Shown here one piece after another: positions 36,630-49,841 of a stretch of DNA of 64,000 bases (positions are counted from its first letter, which is position 1; each line of letters starts with the position of its first letter). The notes under the pieces were generated by a model. The model saw only the letters and a list, made by a program, of their open reading frames with translations. It searched no databases and was not told the DNA's origin. A program made the translations under genes and the position numbers. This stretch comes from Amoebophrya sp. A120 (Eukaryota; Protista; Dinoflagellata), in the NCBI GenBank assembly GCA_905178155.1, contig CAJINV010000004.1:3567320-3631319 (forward strand), read 5' to 3'.

Positions 36630-39129
36630 ATGGTCCGGTTGAAGCTGTGGTTCGATATTGGGTATGATGGCACCAACTTCAGCGGGTGGCAGGCGCAGGA
36701 GGCGGCTCACGGCACGAAAATTATATCAAAACCGGCGAGGACCACAGAGCAGGCGAAAATATTAAATGCTTCTAGCGGTGGGCACCAGCCAGTATATGAC
36801 GGGCGAGAACAAGCTGTAGTTCTTGCGTCTGAAAAGAGCACCAAAGGTGGATCATCGCCGCCCATATTTTGTCGTACTCCTACTGGAGGCAAAAGCGCAG
36901 CCGAAAGCGAGGCAGAAACCACATGTCCTCCTCGCAGTGAGGAACCGGAAACGGAAAGAAGTGTAGTTTTTACGCCACAGCAACCCGAGCTTCCTTCTAC
37001 CGAGGACTCGCTTTTATCCAAAAATTCCCTCGATGTTCACCGTGTGTGCCTTCCGCACAACCGTCGCAAGGGCTGCTGGCGGGGGGAAAAGTGCCTTCGC
37101 GTCCACGAGTGTAGCCGATGTGGCAGCCGGGAGCACGCGGCGTGGGAGCAGGTTTGCAGTGGTAGAGCTGGCTTTTTAGAGGGTGAAAATTGCGCAGGAG
37201 CTGCTGTTCCAGCAGCTGCGTTCGCCGGAGTTGGCATCAAGAGCGACACGACTTGTCTTTCCGTTGCGGAGCTACCAGCGGTGCAACCGGTGGTGGACAA
37301 ATGGATCCGGGATGCGGTGTTGCGAGTTTTTGCTGCTACTAATGAAGTAGACGAGGATCATGATCCACCTCGACGCACTGGTGACAACAACCACAGTACT
37401 AGAGCCGAACAAGAGATGAAGATGACAGGCGGGGTGGAGGTCACCATGATGACCGGAAGTTCTTGTACTTCTACAACTAGATCGTCCACGATGAAAACTT
37501 CTCCACTGCGTTCTTTGTCCGGCGTATGCGGCACCTCGCGGACCGATAAGGGCGTGCACGCGCGGTCGCACTATCAAATGTAAAAGTGTCTGGGTCTGGA
37601 AGGGTGGAATTTGTAATGCTGTCTGCGGATGATAAAAATATCTGTGTTGCATGAGCAGCAAGACCAGTCAGTTCTTGGCACGCGAAGAGGGCATTTGTCA
37701 TGCGTAATTAGCATCCAGAAGCTCTCAAAAAATCTGTGATGCTAGCACCAGCATCACAGACCTCACGGGTCATGCAAAATCTGCATGACAAGCCCCGATC
37801 CTTCCAGACCCAGACATATTTGCAGTTCATACGCGCTGGTGCTACGCAAACATTCACGGGGGCTTTTCCGCCAGTTGCCCCAAGGACCTCGATTTGGAAG
37901 ACGAGAGGAAATTGCTTTTTCTCTACGCCGAGTTGCGACGCACAGCGAAACACCAGCCCCACTGGATCAACCGCGTGCCGTTCATTGGCGGGTGCAAAAG
38001 CACGGCGGCGGAGGCCCTCGCGTTTGGTTTGAATACGGACGATCGAGGGGAAGAAGTTTTGGGAGCTTCAAGAGGAGCCCCAGGAACATCTCCAGGACGA
38101 GAGTGCTTGTTGCCTTTAGTACCCGTCGCGAAGGATTTATTGGATTCAAATTTATTATCTCCATCAGAGACCACGACCACTTCTGCACAGGAAATATATA
38201 CCCCAGCGGATTTTGGGGCCAAGGAATACCGCTACTTCATCCAGAGGAAACGACCTGGTGCGCCCGGAATTTGCAGCGGTACTGCAGGTAGGAGTTCTAC
38301 TCCGAGTTTTACTTGTCCCATCAACCTCGAAGAAGAGGTGGAGCTCCTGCAAACGGACTTTACTAAACAACTACATCGAGGCTGTTGGCAAATGCACGAG
38401 AAGGACTTCGACCGGATAAGTTTAGACAAAATCAACCAAGAGATTGCCACCAACTTGCTCGGAAAACGCGACTGGACGCTTTTTTCCTCTCGGTGCGAGA
38501 AGAAAAACTGTGTCCGAAACATGGTTTCGATCACAGTCCTCGAGTTGAGGAAGGATTCGAAAAATGAGAACTCTGGCGGAGCAGCAGCAGCATACGAAGT
38601 TGTGCACGACGGCCAGAGATATGAAGATCCGTATCTGATGATATCAAATAAACCCGGGGAAGTAGAAGTGGAAGAAAGAGAGGACGTAGAAGGTCCTGCT
38701 CCTAGGAAGGAACCTTGTGGAGGCCATTTTCGTCGCGAAGTGGAAAATGCTAGCGCTTTCCTTGAGTTCCGGTTTGTGGCCGACGGGTTTTTGCGCCACA
38801 TGGTCCGCCGCCTGGTGGGGCACTTGGTGGCGGTGGGCATGCAAGTTGGTGAGGACAAAGAGGGAAATAATAAACCTGCAGACCTTTGTTCTTCACCTCC
38901 TGCGAACGACGACCCCGCGACTCTGTGTGCAGCAACGTGCAGCACCCATAGCCAACAAGCCATGCACAGCACACCTCCTTCAACTGAGCAAGAGCAGCCG
39001 GGAAAATCGTCTTCAAGTGTCGAAACCGGCAAAAGACGCAACACAGAAGACGGTGGTCCTGGTTTCATCCACAAAGCACGCCGAGCGCCTCCCCAAGGAC
39101 TGTGGTTGTGGGGACTCGCGGAGATTTAG
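36630..39129 (+). CDS. tRNA pseudouridine synthase, TruA/Pus family, with large insertions
   Basis: YDGTNFSGWQ, catalytic SRTDKGVHA, GKRDWTLFS, ADGFLRHMVRRLVG, APPQGLWL. One introner 37572-37831 joins the frames. Confidence 0.9.
37572..37831. mobile_element. Introner family A
   Basis: DR CGCAC/CGCGC. Confidence 0.9.
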
Positions 39130-40154
39130 GCTGGTGGAACGAAGAAAATTTTTTTCTTCGCACTGAATCTAATGTACTAGTAGTAACTACACGACATCAT
39201 GGAAAATGTGGTGGAAGGAGATTTTTCGGACATCATAAGTTCCTCCAGATCATTCCAGCGACACGACATTCACGCGCTGAGGAACTTGTTCCAGCACACA
39301 AACAAGTTCACAGGCAAGGCGACCGCACAGCGACATATCAATCTCAAGTAAACGCTCCGTTTGTCCTCGAAGCTTGAGACTACCCTTAGTGGAGTCTCCA
39401 TGCAATGTGGGACTGCTCGCTCGCTTATGTGTGGTCTTGTTACTCTCATCTCGGATGGCGGTGCCTCGTGTTCATCAGTTATTTCTGTCAGCGCAGCTTA
39501 GAGTCAACTCCAACTCGGAGTAGATGATGATCATCGGTAGTACTTACTACAGACGTTTAGCACAGCCTCCAAGAAGCTCAAGCTTCTGTTTTATCCAACT
39601 GAAATATTCTGTTTCTGATTCTTGCAAGAAGTTGTAGTGAAGATATCATTTTTCCTGTTCATCATTTCTCACAAGACAGCTCGGTATGCAAAATACTGTC
39701 GGTGGTCCAACCGCTTCCTGAAAAAGCATCGGTCACCATCGTGCAAACCAATCGTGCAAGTACTTCTACACTCGTTCACATGACAGACGTACTTCCCATT
39801 ACCGTAATTTTTCAACACGATTTCTCGTCTCTATTGTTCCGAAACGTTTCTAATTTGCGAAAAACTTCTTCCAGGACCTCCTAGACATGCTGTCACTCCT
39901 TGAAATGACTTTTAGCCTCCTCTTCTCCCACCTCTACTAAATGCTTACCCATGATGAAGATGTGTACAATTGCCCAAATAGAGTACTTCCATTCATACCG
40001 GCCCTTTAGCGCACCAGCGAAGACCCTGACCTGTTGTAGCTCTGAATCTCCACGACGACCCCAGACACGACGACCCAATTTCTACTACTCAGTGGCCACC
40101 TCCTGCTAGATTGGACAATTCTCGGCTGTTCATCTCAGACAATATTATTAAAGC

Positions 40155-41117
40155 ATGGAAGTTCTGAAGAAGTGTTGCGGGGGAAAGAAGGCGAAAAAAG
40201 CGGTGATCAAGGCCGCGAAAGGCGGGTATGTGAAGGACCCAAACGATTTCCGCAATCAGGTGCAGGGGGTGCGGCGGTTTTTCCCGGAGTTCACGGACCC
40301 GGGAAAATTGAAAAAAGTGAAATTCCACGTCGACGAGGAGACGGGGAAGAAGAAATACTTTATCGAGGACCCGCAGGAGGGCCGACTGTTTATCACGCGG
40401 GACAACGACGGCCGACGCGTGTACTACATCGACACCTTCCTCGAGGTGCTCACGCACGCACACGACCGAGTGTACGTCACCTGGGACGCGGACGGGCAAA
40501 AGTTGCACTACGTAGAGGATCACGACCACGGGAAGGTGTACATAGAGCAGGACGTGTTCGGGCACCCTCTGCTGTGGGTGCACGACATCCACGACGACCT
40601 CGCGGAGCTGGTGTTCCTCCACCTCCCGGAGGGGGAGGATCTCCCGCACTACTTTTGCCACCCGATCGCGGTGTCCGACGAGGTGTATTTCAACAGCGGG
40701 TTCCAGCGGGTGGGCCACTTCCAGATCTTTTGGGGGCTGAAGGGGGACAAGCAGTTTTACGTGGCCGACGAGATGGAGAACACCACGCACATGCGCCGGG
40801 TGATCTACGACCGCTACTACGAGCACTGGCGGTTTTTCCGGCCCGCCGACCGGGATACCACTTTGTACGGAACCGACCCGCACTCGCGGGAGCACGACGA
40901 CGCGGAGGGCAGTTCTGCCGCGGCCTCGGACGACGGGCCGATCGACATAAATGACCTGTTCGCGGGCGAGGCGACCAGTCACCACCCGCTGCGCAGCCAG
41001 TTCGAGCACCAGCGGACGCTGGCCTCGGGGTCCCAGCTGTTCCCAGACGCGGAGGAGGAGTCAAAATCCGACCCGGACTCAGCCGCAAGCTACAAGGTGG
41101 ACGCCGAACAAGCGTAG
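40155..41117 (+). CDS. Hypothetical protein (intronless)
   Basis: 320-aa ORF with strong GC3 coding bias; N-terminal KKCCGGKK (possible palmitoylation); no family recognised. Confidence 0.75.
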   Translation: MEVLKKCCGGKKAKKAVIKAAKGGYVKDPNDFRNQVQGVRRFFPEFTDPGKLKKVKFHVDEETGKKKYFIEDPQEGRLFITRDNDGRRVYYIDTFLEVLTHAHDRVYVTWDADGQKLHYVEDHDHGKVYIEQDVFGHPLLWVHDIHDDLAELVFLHLPEGEDLPHYFCHPIAVSDEVYFNSGFQRVGHFQIFWGLKGDKQFYVADEMENTTHMRRVIYDRYYEHWRFFRPADRDTTLYGTDPHSREHDDAEGSSAAASDDGPIDINDLFAGEATSHHPLRSQFEHQRTLASGSQLFPDAEEESKSDPDSAASYKVDAEQA

Positions 41118-42282
41118 CGAAGACTAGACATGGGGAGTAATGTCTTGATAGATACGACGAGCTAATATGGGAACACGAACAGCGGATCTGATGTTAACAT
41201 CCGTAGTTCTTTCGCTTTTCTTGGTCAGGTAACTTGTACTTACTCCGCTGGAACTGCGGCTTCCGTTGTCGACGTGTGGTCGATGCGCGCCTAGAACGAC
41301 CTTTGTAGCTCCCCGTAGTGAAGAAGAAATAGGTTGATTAGAAAACTTCTGCTCTGAGCAGGTTCTTATTGATACTTTGAGTCGGAAAAACATTTAAAGT
41401 GCTCCTGATCAGCTTGCGCGCTGCGGCATTACAGGTAGGCTGTTTATTTCCGGAATAATCATCGGGTTCGCGATAATTTCATGAACCACGCATCAGAAGC
41501 GCAAAGAACGAACTACACACGTCTCTCTCGGTCAACATCAATCAAGAGGCGGAAGCTTTGCCAACGTTCTATCGTATCTGTACTTCGCGTAGTTTCTACT
41601 CATAAAGGACTAGTATCGTTTTGTAGAAGACATCGCCACATGGAATCGTACGGCGCGCACTGATGTGAGCGAGAAACCACTTACTTGCGTCCCTCATGCG
41701 GCAAGTCGTGGAAATTGCGATTGCAATAAAATCGGTCCACCTCTCGTGCAACCACTATACCATCGTGCAACGACGTCTAGGCGATAATTCATCTTCATCC
41801 AAGGTGATCGTGAGAAAGAAGGATGCGTAGCAGTAGCAGAGTCGGTGTCAACATCATATCACCATCACGTGCAACATCGCTGATTCGTGCCAGCAGACAT
41901 ATTTGTAGAAATACTCGTGAAGCAAGAAGAAGAACGTGCTTGATATCGGTCGTGCGTGAAAATGCTATCCCTCTTTATCCATGCTCGTGTAGAAATAGCA
42001 ATTGGTCATCAACACCGAAACATGAATAATACCATCCCAGGGAAGATATCATTATCTCACCTCAAAACCCAAACTGAAAAATCGCAAAACTGTTATTTTC
42101 AAAAAACGTGTCAACAACAAGTTTCGTGCCCGTGTGCATGTGACTTTGATATTCTGCACAGCACTTCATCCCAACACATTTTCCGAAATTCATTGTAACA
42201 TCACCAGAGCTGCGGCACTGCTTTGTTCAAAATCCCGCTTTTTTTTGAATCCTGCATTGGCAAGTGTTAAGTATCCGCAAAC

Positions 42283-43579
42283 ATGGGGAATGCGTGTGGA
42301 TGCGAGCCAGCCCCTGGGGCGAAGGATGTGAAGGCCACGGGGGAGATGAAGACGGTGACAAAAGTGTTGGAAGACGGATCCACTTACAAGGGGGAAACCA
42401 AGGATGGCATCGTCCGACACGGCAAGGGAACCTACACATACCCAGACGGCAAGACCAGCTACGAAGGCGACTGGATCGACGGCAAGGCACATGGGGTCGG
42501 CACCTTTAAGGACGGGGAGTCGGAGTATTCTCAAATTTGAAAATTGTTGTACTTATGTGCTCTTCGGTATTACTAGAATCTACCTGTCAAGAGTATATTT
42601 TTGGGACGCCTAGTGGTCCAACATTTACATTGCTGGCATTCGTATTCCGCTCGACCCGCAGGTACGTCGGACAGTGGGAGGACGACTTCAAGCACGGGCA
42701 GGGCACGGAGACCTGGGTGAACGACGGCAGCTCCTTCGTGGGGCAGTACAAGTACGGGAAGAAGGAGGGCCACGGCAAGTACACCTGGCACGACGGCAGC
42801 TACTACGAGGGCGCGTTTGTGGCCGACAACATCGAGGGGAACGGCACCTACTACTCCCATTCCTGCACCTTCACCGGCGCCTTCAAGGACAACGTCAAGC
42901 AGTATTCATTTTACATACTTGACCCTTTAGCTTTTCATTTTTTTTTCACCAAATGCATTTGCATTCCATTTAGCTACTTCGCATGGATAGGATTTTTTTA
43001 TCTTTATTAAAAAGCAAAAAAAGCAAAATCCATCTGGCTTCTAGAGTCTTGTGGGGTCAGAAGCAGGATCATGTTGATGGTGCAAAGCCTTGCAGGGGAC
43101 GAGAGATTTCGTAAAAGAACAGCACTTCAGACTAATCATAGGACGGTCAAGATGTTGATCCTTGTCCGATGCAACAGTTCCTGTGTATAAAGCGCCGCAT
43201 AGTAAAAATTTGAATTTTGTATTCTAGTAAGTTTGCCACCCTGAAGTAGATCACGCTAGACCTCACCCTGTATAGACCGCTGCCTCCGATGAAGGAGGAC
43301 TTTATCAAAACGTACGGATTCGTAAATCGAAAAGAATGAACAATCCTGATCAACAAAAACTGCAGTGGCTACGGACGGTACGAGTGGTCGGATGGCAAAG
43401 TGTACGAAGGCTACTTTTTCAAGGATCGCAAGCACGGCACGGGCACCATGACCTGGCCAGACGGTTACGCCTACATTGGACCCTGGGAGGAGGGAGTCCA
43501 GCACGGCAAGGGAGTGATCAAGGAGCCCGATGGCACCGAGGAAAAGTGCGAGTTCGAGCGCGGCACGCAGATCGCATAA
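42283..43579 (+). CDS. MORN-repeat protein, 3 exons
   Basis: Multiple YxGxWxxGxxHGxG repeats; MGNACGC acylation-like N-terminus; GT-AG introns 42525-42661 and 42902-43365. Confidence 0.9.
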
Positions 43580-45685
43580 AAAGAAGTACTGATAAAGAAA
43601 CCCTTCTTCAAGAATAAAAATAGGAAAGTCGTGGCAGCACAACTAGTACAACCGACGCTTTGACGTAAACACGAAGACTTTTGAAGAAGTATAGTCGATC
43701 TGCAAGAACTACGTGATCAGGCTCAAGGTGATCAAAACCGTACAGTACATAATTTCGATTTTTTGAAACTCATTTTCAACATGTAAAAGCGGCCATAGTC
43801 GAGTTTGTCAAGGCTACAGTATTATTATTCGCCGCCGTGTTTTTGCGTTTTTTTCTCGTAGTTCACGTACACTCTTTATTTTCAAGCACAGCCTGGCTGA
43901 AGGTCGTAAATGGTCAAAAGAAGAACTACTTTGTGGCCACTCGTCGTCCTTAAAAGGCCCACGCCAAGAAGTGCAAAGCTCGCATGCCTTTTTAGTTTTT
44001 TTCACTTTTGTATCATATTTCAACACCATTATTATATTTCAACATTTCAACACACGCTCACATATTTTTAACACGTCAACATGCATATAATCACTGCAAG
44101 TAAGTACTTATGACCTTCCGTGTGAAGGCTCAGGGAGCAGTCCTATCGAAATACCTTCTTCGAAGCAGGCGAACTAAATGGAAAAATACGGGGGACTATG
44201 TACAACTACAGAACACACACGAGAACAACTTCGTATTGCGGGATCAGTTGAAGTAGACTCGACAGATCATAATTTTTTATGATGTGTTAGTACGCTGCAT
44301 CCTTTTCATCGCTGCGCTGCGCGAGGTATCCCCGAGCTGCGGTCTGCGATGGAAATATCTTCGGGGCAGCACGTCCTCTCACGAGGAGCACGCAATATGG
44401 ATAGATAGCCTCTAAAATAACTCACATAAATCAGCGTTTTTTGTTCGCAACCAAATGCCATTACCTCACCCCCTGTAATTTCCACCTAGAACAACCTTTA
44501 GAAAATAACCACGCTCAGTTATTGCGATTCTGTGTGACACCAATTTTGTTGGGTATCAAAAGCAACATAGTACTACACTCTGAAATCAACCTAGTACATC
44601 ACCTCACTGCACACAAAAATATTCCTGTGTCGCCTTTGCGCGATTATACATTTATTTCTTGGACGTTTGTAATTGATTCTCGGACAGAGTCCTCGCCTCT
44701 GGGAACGAAAGATGGGAGGCATTTTACTGTGTGTTTCTGTATGCTGTGAAAGAAAGCGTCGTGGTTTGGAGTCATTCCAGGCGGAGAAATAAAAGAAAAG
44801 GACGCAAATCGAAAACTTGTCGTCGGTCGGCACTAGCTCTTGCGAAGTAGGATGAAGACGAGATTCAAAATTTCGGTCCTCTCAAAGATCATAATCAGAA
44901 CAAGATCAGCATCAGCTCAGCTGCGAAATTACTTGTTTTTCCGTTGTGGTCAGATCAAGACGGGAACAATGATCAACATACTGAAAAAAAAAGTTGTCTT
45001 TTCTGTTGTATACCCGTCGGTAACGAAATAGATCCACCCGTGGTACCGTGAAAGATTCTGCCGGTGACTGAGATGTTGATCATATTACTGGATGTGGATC
45101 GTTTGATACTGCAAGTCCCCTCGCGACCGATCACTAATGCGATCAACAGCAACAAACTCCTTATAAGTAATGGAACAGGTGGAACAGGAAAATCTCGGAA
45201 ACGCACACTGTGGACCTATCGGTGAAACGACGACGCCACTCGGTAAGAAATTAGCAACGCCATGACATGACGAGAGCGATACACTATCAAAAGAGGCGTT
45301 CTTCACAGAATGACTACACTAAAGCACGAACATCAGGCCCCTGATTATCCTAGTGATTCGCCCCACAATAATCAAGTCTTGAACTACCAGGAAACCAATC
45401 GCGATTTTATTTCTACAGCGCCGGCGCTCACAGCTCGGGACCACACACACCTTTATTTTCCAAAACACTTCGACGTAGGTAGGAACTACTTCTGCGTTGT
45501 CCGACGCGCTGTTTTCTTCTCTATGCACTCACTTTGATGTGTAAGGATTTTCGAAGATAGAAAACTCTTCCGCTTAAAGATCAACTGACACTTGTAAGTA
45601 CCTGCTTCGTCGATTTCCATTTTTCTGACTTAAAGTATAATACGCTACTTTCCATCTATCTTCTAGACGGCAAAAAAAGAAAAAG

Positions 45686-46904
45686 ATGGTGCGTTTGCTC
45701 CGCGGGACCAGCGCTGCTGTCGCTTCTCTGCTGCTTGTTGTTGTTCCGGTGTTCCTGCAACATCTGTCGTTGCCTGTTGTAAAGGCTGTGCAGCTGCGAG
45801 CAGCGAGTTCTTCTGCATCTGCAGGTGCAGGGTCGTCTGCTTCTGGCCTCAGCGCTGGCCGCCAGTCCGCCGCACCGGGGAACAGGTTACGCACCAGTCT
45901 CAGGAGTCGAGGCGGAGTTGTCCCCGGCGGCAACGGGGACCAAGCGCGGGAGGTTCAGATAGCAAATGGGGGAAGATCTCGTTCACAAGACCAGCCCGCT
46001 GGGGGAGGACACCGGCAGAACGGGAACCAAGCTGCACAGTTTCGACCGCGCGCGGTTCAGGACGGTGGTGACCCTCCGTCCTGTCCCTACCTCTGGCCGA
46101 TCGAGAAGGAAGTTGCAGAGGTATCCAGAGTAAAAACGCCACCCACGACGCCCCATAGTCAAAGTGGGGATGTTGCTACACAGACGCGGCCCCATAGTCA
46201 ATGTTGCTACACAGTATATTAAGCAAGGTTAGGCAATTCTTGCACAGGACAAGTTTGGATTCGCGACGTAGTCGTTGTTTAGCTAGTGCGGCCGTGATGT
46301 CTCAAATCGATCACACAATCCTGATTCTAGCATGTCACGTTCCGAAACAACAGTAGAAAATGCCCCTCGCGGGGCTGCGCATGAGAGATATCCTGAGCGT
46401 GCAAAAAGATATCTGGGGTGAGGACGTTTTTTCTCAGGATAAGAGGCAAAGGAAGCTATTCGTGTTTGCGAGGCTCGCGCGGCTGAATGGAGAGAGGAAT
46501 GCCGCTCATCTGTCCAGTCCTCAGGCGAAATTTTCGTGGGAGGTTGTGTCGCAGGGCTGAGCTGTTTAGCCGCCGGTGCCTGTTTGGGGCCGGGGGCGGC
46601 AGCCGCGGCAGGAGTGGCCGCGCCGGCCGTTGTCGGCGCCTCCAGCTGCGCTTCTGCGAGGTTTGCTTTCGATGCTGCGGATGCGTTCCTGGGCGTGGCT
46701 CGTATGGAACAAAAGGCGCATGCTTGTCGTCGATGGCTAGGTATTTTAGAAGCCGACCTTGCGCGCGCGAAGCGGCAAGTGCGTGACTACCCGTACCTGG
46801 GTCGACTAACGGAAGCGGGGGCTGTTCAGGAGAGGGAAAGGCAACGAAGCGAAAGGAGAAGGGCTGTGATTCGAAGCTTACGTCGAAACGTGCCGAACAA
46901 CTAG
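45686..46904 (+). CDS. Hypothetical secreted/membrane protein
   Basis: Signal-like N-terminus; ORFs 45686 and 46536 join in frame after removal of introner 46122-46441 plus one DR. Confidence 0.65.
46122..46441. mobile_element. Introner family C
   Basis: DR AGAGG/AGAGG; small internal duplication of CCCATAGTCAA..ATGTTGCTACACAG. Confidence 0.85.
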
Positions 46905-47851
46905 ACTATATGTAAAACCCAGTTACAAACGCACGTCTAGTTTCGCAGTAGTCTTACTGTCTTCTCCATGACCACTCAAAAAAAATTTCTGATAAAAAGA
47001 AAAAAGTACGCCGTTAATTTGTATTTTTACACTCTGGCTTTGTCGTCCCACGCGGACGCGAAGGCGACCAGCAGGGAAAAGGATCCTTTTCCGCGGAAGG
47101 TCTCCCGGTGATGTAGGGCAAGTCCTGAAGAGGACAAAGAAACCGCGGCGGAGGAAACGAAGAGCAGTCTCCTAGCCATTTCCAATCCTGTTGTTAGGAG
47201 CTCCTCATCAGATCCTTTATTATCGATTTCTACAGTTCTCTGTTCGCTCCGGCTACAGTGACCTACTCAAACTTCAGTTTTGATTTTGCATTGCAATGTA
47301 AAAAAAAAGTTTATTGATTTTTGATTGTGCTTATCATAGTGTTGTTAAATGCTACAACGGCCTATTTTTTCCTCTATGAAGGGTTGACTTTTGTTACGTG
47401 GGAGCAAGGCTAGCAAGTACAACGGCAAAAAAGAGGCACACTGTAGCTGTTTTGACGAAAAGTGGTACTATCAATTGCACTCCAATTGATTTTTTGGCAA
47501 GAATTCGTATTAAATCACATGAGCAGGTCGCTCATAGTACATACATTCATACTTCTGCTCATACCGACAACAGGGGAAGTGTGCTCGCCCGCCCGAAAGC
47601 CGTTCGGGCGCCCAGGGCGTCATGGAAGGCCCCACACAGTGGTACCGCCGGGACAAGTAAGACTTGTTAGCAGCTCCCAACATTTGCTGTACGCGCCGGG
47701 TATGAACCTTCACTATTCACACTGGCCACTTACCCAAGGTGTCTGGAAAATGCAAATGCCGCGCCCTCCCATAGGCCGGCCAAGATGCCTCAATCCGTAG
47801 AGGTGTCTTGAAAAACCTAACCTCAGTAGTTTTGTTTGCAAGGTCCGTAAA

Positions 47852-47921
47852 AAAATAACGACCTCGACTGAGGGGAAGCCAGCGACAGCGGGGACGACGC
47901 AAGATGTTCTGAAATCTGACA
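47852..47921 (+). repeat. Direct repeat copy 1 of 3
   Basis: Core TCGACTGAGGGGAAGCCAGCGACAGCGGGGACGACGCAAGATGTTCTGAAATC identical at 47864-47916, 49789-49841 and 50841-50893. Confidence 0.95.
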
Positions 47922-47951
47922 ACTGCTAGGAAAAGCCGTACCTCGGCGAAG

Positions 47952-48563
47952 ATGTTGGCTGCTTGCCGTTTAGCAGCGGACCCGGCTTCTTTAGCACAGT
48001 GCGTGCAATTTCTCGGGTCGATGACTTCTCTGTCATCGGGGTCGACGACGGCTTCGCAGATCCTGAAATACGCGAGGATAGTGAGGGCTAGCGGTGGGGA
48101 GCCGTGGCCGGTCACCTTTCGGCATCTAGAGAACTTTATCGCGGTCTGTTTGACGACCGCCTACAAAACGTTCGACGATGATGTGAGCCTGGTCTTGAAA
48201 ACAGCCAGGAAGCGGGGGGAAGTATCGCTGAACGAAGTCGAAGAAAGTTTTGTGTGGTCCCTCCTTGCGAGTTTGCGACGGAAGGGAGTTTTCAACCACA
48301 CCCAGAAAGCCCCGCTATTCCGCTCGAATATTATGAAACTGGTCAACGCTGTCGACCGGGCACAGCTTTTGCTGGTTTTCCTTTTTGGGCTTCGCAAATC
48401 GGAGGCCCAGGAAGTCAACAAGAGCATCCGGATCCTTTGGGGCGTCAAGTCGATCGGGCTTGACTTGCGGGGTGCTGTGCTGAAAAGCAACAGCGTGCAG
48501 GCAATTCGGGTGCGTTGCACCTGCGAGAAGGGTAAAGTAGTGCTCTCCATCATTTCTCAGTAG
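47952..48563 (+). pseudogene. N-terminal half of a tyrosine recombinase (DIRS/Ngaro/Crypton-like)
   Basis: Box I-like LLLVFLFGLRKSEA, preceded by a helical core-binding-like region and followed by RCTC. HxxR and catalytic Tyr are absent. Confidence 0.6.
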
Positions 48564-48580
48564 AACTCTTTTCGACCATC

Positions 48581-49354
48581 ATGCCCGGGGATAATGAAAT
48601 TGTGCCTGCTCCGGCGGCAGCGGGGGAGCAGATCGATGGGGAGATTTTAGCGGGCTTCGCTCGGGTCATCAACAAAGTTGTCAAGACGGCCGATGAGGAG
48701 AACAAGGATGTGGGGATGGTTCTTTTGCAAAAAGGCCTCTGCACTGATGCGCTGGCCGGGGCTGAAAAGTTCGCGGCTTTGGTGAAGCTGGTCCGCCGCC
48801 GGGGTTGCGGCTCGTTTACGGCGAAAGAGCTGAAGGACGCTGTTCAGCTGGCCGCCGCGATTTTAGTTGTGGCGAAGAAAAAGATCGCCTTCGCCAACAG
48901 CTGGGGTTTGGGCTTGTTCATCCGGTTCTCGGGTTCCCCCCACGCTATCGCCGATCTGAATAAGTCCATCAAGGAGTTAAACTCCTTGGTGGTTGAAAAC
49001 GAGTACGAAGAGGAGGACGCCGCAGCCGCGGCGGACGAAGATACTATCGAGGAGTGTGCTCTTCGCTGCTGGACTTACTTATCTACTTGCTTGTTTAAGG
49101 ACATGGAGACCCTGCAAAACGCCCGGGGCGGGGATGGCAAGGACAAACGTGACGCGGGTTTGAAACGTTTCAAACCCTCTGGGAGTGGGATTTGTTTGCA
49201 GTTTCTCAAGGAGGGGACTTGCCGCTTCGGCTCCTCTTGTAAATTCAACCACAACCCCCCCGAGTCGGTGGACGCGATCCGCAAACATTGCGAAAAAATG
49301 GGCTGGGGGAATGTCGACGCCGCGGCGGCGTGGAAAATCCATAGTAAGAAGTAG
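48581..49354 (+). CDS. Gag-like protein with C-terminal CCCH zinc finger
   Basis: CLQFLKEGTCRFGSSCKFNH (C-x8-C-x5-C-x3-H); adjacent to the recombinase fragment, as in YR retroelements. Confidence 0.6.
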   Translation: MPGDNEIVPAPAAAGEQIDGEILAGFARVINKVVKTADEENKDVGMVLLQKGLCTDALAGAEKFAALVKLVRRRGCGSFTAKELKDAVQLAAAILVVAKKKIAFANSWGLGLFIRFSGSPHAIADLNKSIKELNSLVVENEYEEEDAAAAADEDTIEECALRCWTYLSTCLFKDMETLQNARGGDGKDKRDAGLKRFKPSGSGICLQFLKEGTCRFGSSCKFNHNPPESVDAIRKHCEKMGWGNVDAAAAWKIHSKK

Positions 49355-49776
49355 AGGGGGGTTTAGTTGTTACCGTAGCGTGTCCGCCCGTACACACCCG
49401 ACCGGGGCCGGGGGTCGCCCCTTTCCCAGGGACGCTGTGGATTTCTGTTTGTAGGACCTACTACTCTACTTGGTGCGATATAGATTTTTCTTTGCGTTCC
49501 GTCACCTTGGGTTCCGCCTAATGGCTCGATGTTCGATATTTGCGTTTGGGTTAGGTCGTCGCGTCGCACCTCTCCGTGGGGGCGGGCTTGGTTTTCCCAA
49601 ATTCAGCTCCAGTCTCGTCTGAACTGGGCGGGTTCTTTGGGATCGTCGTTGCGTGGCGTCTCCTGTGGGGTTAGCCCACCACTTGTTGTTGGGTGCTTGC
49701 AGACCTCCTTACCGAGAGGAGATCAACACCGAAGACGATCATCCAAAGTTGATCCACCTGTTGCTACTTGTGTCAT

Positions 49777-49841
49777 AAAATAACGACCTCGACTGAGGGG
49801 AAGCCAGCGACAGCGGGGACGACGCAAGATGTTCTGAAATC
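49777..49841 (+). repeat. Direct repeat copy 2 of 3
   Basis: 65 bp identical to 47852-47916. Confidence 0.95.

Noticed and set aside
40089-41009. Long antisense ORFs (also 10593-11507, 25432-26208, 35095-35808, 38232-39074)
   Set aside because: Shadows of GC3-rich sense genes with no recognisable motifs.
43600-45600. Possible genes in the long gaps (also 15300-16700, 23100-24300, 58000-58900)
   Set aside because: Only short ORFs without coding bias or recognisable motifs; no tRNA or rRNA recognised.
49380-49600. HDV-like ribozyme downstream of the gag-like ORF
   Set aside because: GC-rich stems are present, but I could not build the nested double pseudoknot by eye; a covariance-model search would be needed.
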